From an uncultured delta proteobacterium (GTDB lineage: Bacteria; Desulfobacterota; Desulfobacteria; Desulfobacterales; Desulfatirhabdiaceae), in the NCBI GenBank assembly GCA_963789395.1, contig CAWBKP010000014.1, positions 256,001 through 320,000 of the forward strand: a stretch of DNA of 64,000 nucleotides, given 5' to 3'. Below the pieces are notes generated by a model. It was not told the DNA's origin. It saw only the letters and a program-made list of their open reading frames with translations, and made no database searches. A program made the position numbers and the translations under genes. Of this stretch, positions 62,141 through 64,000 are shown piece after piece. Position 1 is the stretch's first letter. Each line of letters starts with the position of its first letter.

Positions 62141-62617
62141 TCATTTCCTCCTTGTTAGTGGTTCTTTCCGGCGCACCAACTCGATGGCGCAGCGGACGTT
62201 TTGACGGATAGCATAAAGCGTTTTTTTGAATTCCACGGAATTTTCAGAATCACCCTGCGGCAGACCGAGAATCAGCAGCGTGATTTTCTTCTCCGCGACA
62301 AACCGGATGACTTCTTCTTCAAAATTCCCTTTTGCAATGTAATAATGCACGTTCACCCCATTGGACCGGGCTTTTTCAATCATCAATTCGAGATGTTTTA
62401 TTGCCGCATCTTCCAGTCCGATGAGGGCGTCTGTCGTGAAAGCCGCTGGTTTTCGATACAAAACCAGTAAAATATGGAGATTGGCTTGGATTCGCTCCGC
62501 CAGATGTATGGCCCGATATACCGCCGCCAGAAAACCGCCTGTCTCGCCCTGAGTTAAGAGGGGAAACAGGTTCTCAGCATCCTGCCGGATGTCCATGCTC
62601 ACCAGTATATGTTCCAT
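62141..62617 (-). CDS. Universal stress protein-like protein
   Basis: HILVSMD, A.HLA, GNFEEEVI, LLILG, C.IELV. Confidence 0.7.
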   Translation of the reverse strand: MEHILVSMDIRQDAENLFPLLTQGETGGFLAAVYRAIHLAERIQANLHILLVLYRKPAAFTTDALIGLEDAAIKHLELMIEKARSNGVNVHYYIAKGNFEEEVIRFVAEKKITLLILGLPQGDSENSVEFKKTLYAIRQNVRCAIELVRRKEPLTRRK

Positions 62618-62663
62618 CCACGTGTGTTCCCTTTCCCAAAAGCGATGTCAGATACTTTCTGTA

Positions 62664-62679
62664 ATCAAAATTGATGCCA
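62664..62679 (-). promoter_or_regulatory. Sigma-54 -24/-12 promoter (GA variant at -12)
   Basis: TGGCAT-CAATT-TTGAT upstream of the USP/TauE operon, next to an AT-rich tract (about 62685-62730). Confidence 0.65.
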
Positions 62680-62775
62680 ACGCATAAATTTAATCGTAAT
62701 AAATTGAATTAATTTATTTAAATTATAAGAGAGGAGGAATACAGCTGTGCACAGGGGTGATATCGGCAGCTCTGA

Positions 62776-62860
62776 TGTTTCAGTTTGGAACATTTTACAT
62801 CATGAAAAGGAGAAAAACTTTGTAGAACTGCGGGGGCAACCAGCGTTTCACATTGGAACA
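62776..62860. promoter_or_regulatory. Two palindromic upstream activator sites
   Basis: TGTTTCAGTTTGGAACA (62776-62792) and CGTTTCACATTGGAACA (62844-62860), between the sigma-54 promoter and the regulator gene. Confidence 0.65.
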
Positions 62861-62935
62861 CGATTCAGAGCGTTGATCCGTCACCTTCATCTCAAGGCGA
62901 ATTGCCAAGATTTCAGCGAAAGAATCCCTGAAAAT

Positions 62936-64000
62936 TCAGGAAAGTAAATACTCGGGATCGATGCCGTATTCCTTGAGCCGTCGCCACAGCGTTGTGCGGG
63001 GAAGGCCCAGGATTTTTGCGGTCAGATGGCGGTTGTAGTTGGTTCTTTGAAGGATTGTGGTAATATAGCGTTTTTCCATTTCTTCCAGGGTTTCCATCTC
63101 CAGGGTTTCAAAGGTTTTAAAATCGAGATTCTGAAGATCCGGCGGCAGGTCGATCACCTGAATGCGGCTCTGGTCGGTCAGGGCGACCGCCCGCTCGATG
63201 ATATTTTTCAGCTCGCGGATATTTCCCGGAAAGTCATAATGCATCAGAATCTCCAGCGCCTGCGAGGAAAGCCCTTTGACTTTTTTTCCAAAGACCTTGT
63301 TAAAATTGTCTATAAAATGTGAGATCAGCAACGGGATGTCATCCCGGCGCTCGGCCAGCGTCGGAAGCTGGATGTTGACGACATTCAGCCGATAAAAGAG
63401 GTCTTCGCGGAAGTTTCCGGCTTCGACTTCTTTTTTCAAATCCCGGTTCGTGGCGGCGACAATGCGGATATCCAGGTCTATCGGGCGTATGCCCCCGACC
63501 CTGAAAATGCGCTTTTCCTGAATGACATGAAGCAGCTTCACCTGCATGGAGTGCGGCATTTCGCCGATTTCATCCAGAAATACCGTGCCGCCCGCGCCCG
63601 ATTCGATCAAACCGATCTGTGCGGTCGAAGCCCCGGTGAACGCCCCTTTTTCATGCCCGAAAAGCTCGCTGCTGATGAGCTCTTCGGTGAATCCCCCGCA
63701 GTTAAACGATACAAAGAGAGAATTTTTCCGGTGACTCAACGCGTGGATGGCGCGGGCCACCAGTTCCTTGCCCGTACCGCTTCTTCCCTGAATCAGTACG
63801 TTGCAGTCCACAGCCGCCACTTTTCGCGTTATGGCGAAAACCGCCTGCATGGCGCTGCTGGTTCCCACGATGCTGGTCAGGGAATCCCTTTGGGCAATGG
63901 CCTCCCGGAGACTCTGATTTTCGGATTGCAGCCGGATTTTTTCGATGGCGTTTTTGGCAAGCAGCCGGATTTCATCCAGCTTGAGGGGCTTGACGCTGTA
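62936..64000 (-). CDS. NtrC-family sigma-54 response regulator, 5' end outside the window
   Basis: Frame open to 64000 (YSVKPLKLDEIRLL...), GRSGTGKE, GAFTGA, FPGNIREL, HTH. Confidence 0.92.
   Translation of the reverse strand, partial: YSVKPLKLDEIRLLAKNAIEKIRLQSENQSLREAIAQRDSLTSIVGTSSAMQAVFAITRKVAAVDCNVLIQGRSGTGKELVARAIHALSHRKNSLFVSFNCGGFTEELISSELFGHEKGAFTGASTAQIGLIESGAGGTVFLDEIGEMPHSMQVKLLHVIQEKRIFRVGGIRPIDLDIRIVAATNRDLKKEVEAGNFREDLFYRLNVVNIQLPTLAERRDDIPLLISHFIDNFNKVFGKKVKGLSSQALEILMHYDFPGNIRELKNIIERAVALTDQSRIQVIDLPPDLQNLDFKTFETLEMETLEEMEKRYITTILQRTNYNRHLTAKILGLPRTTLWRRLKEYGIDPEYLLS

Overview
A 64-kb window that looks like a strictly anaerobic Desulfobacterota (Desulfobacterales-like) genome. 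This is inferred from the HdrA/MvhD/MetF genes, the many sigma-54 two-component systems and the TauE/TIGR02186/PEP-utilising operon. The left end holds a metF - hdrA(hdrL-type) - mvhD operon. Both hdrA and mvhD have an in-frame TGA at a conserved Cys position followed by a SECIS-like hairpin, so they are probable selenoproteins that the ORF track splits or misses. From about 12 to 50 kb lies an accessory patchwork, almost all on the minus strand: GNAT + HDAC; MscS/DUF2092/secreted proteins; a corrinoid-associated cluster with a methanogen-type DUF2115; an iron-sulfur flavoprotein; a kdpFABC cluster with a split KdpD and two extra two-component systems; SOUL/sulfite oxidase/hydrolase. Main new observation: six co-oriented, diverged copies of a 47-bp motif (16446, 22681, 29248, 30544, 43344, 47096) sit at the borders of these modules. 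On the minus strand they read as the same short protein C-terminus (YPxxxYxxxxFLxDTxxI) with synonymous codon variation, as expected for displaced 3' gene tails left by tandem island integration. Two copies abut integron attC-like hairpins, and one is interrupted by an ORF-less group II intron. No integrase or transposase gene is in the window. The right end carries mprF/acvB, tatA and a sigma-54-driven USP/TauE/TIGR02186/PEP-utilising-enzyme operon. More than a dozen small frameshifts in otherwise intact genes suggest long-read assembly errors. No rRNA, tRNA or CRISPR array was recognised.
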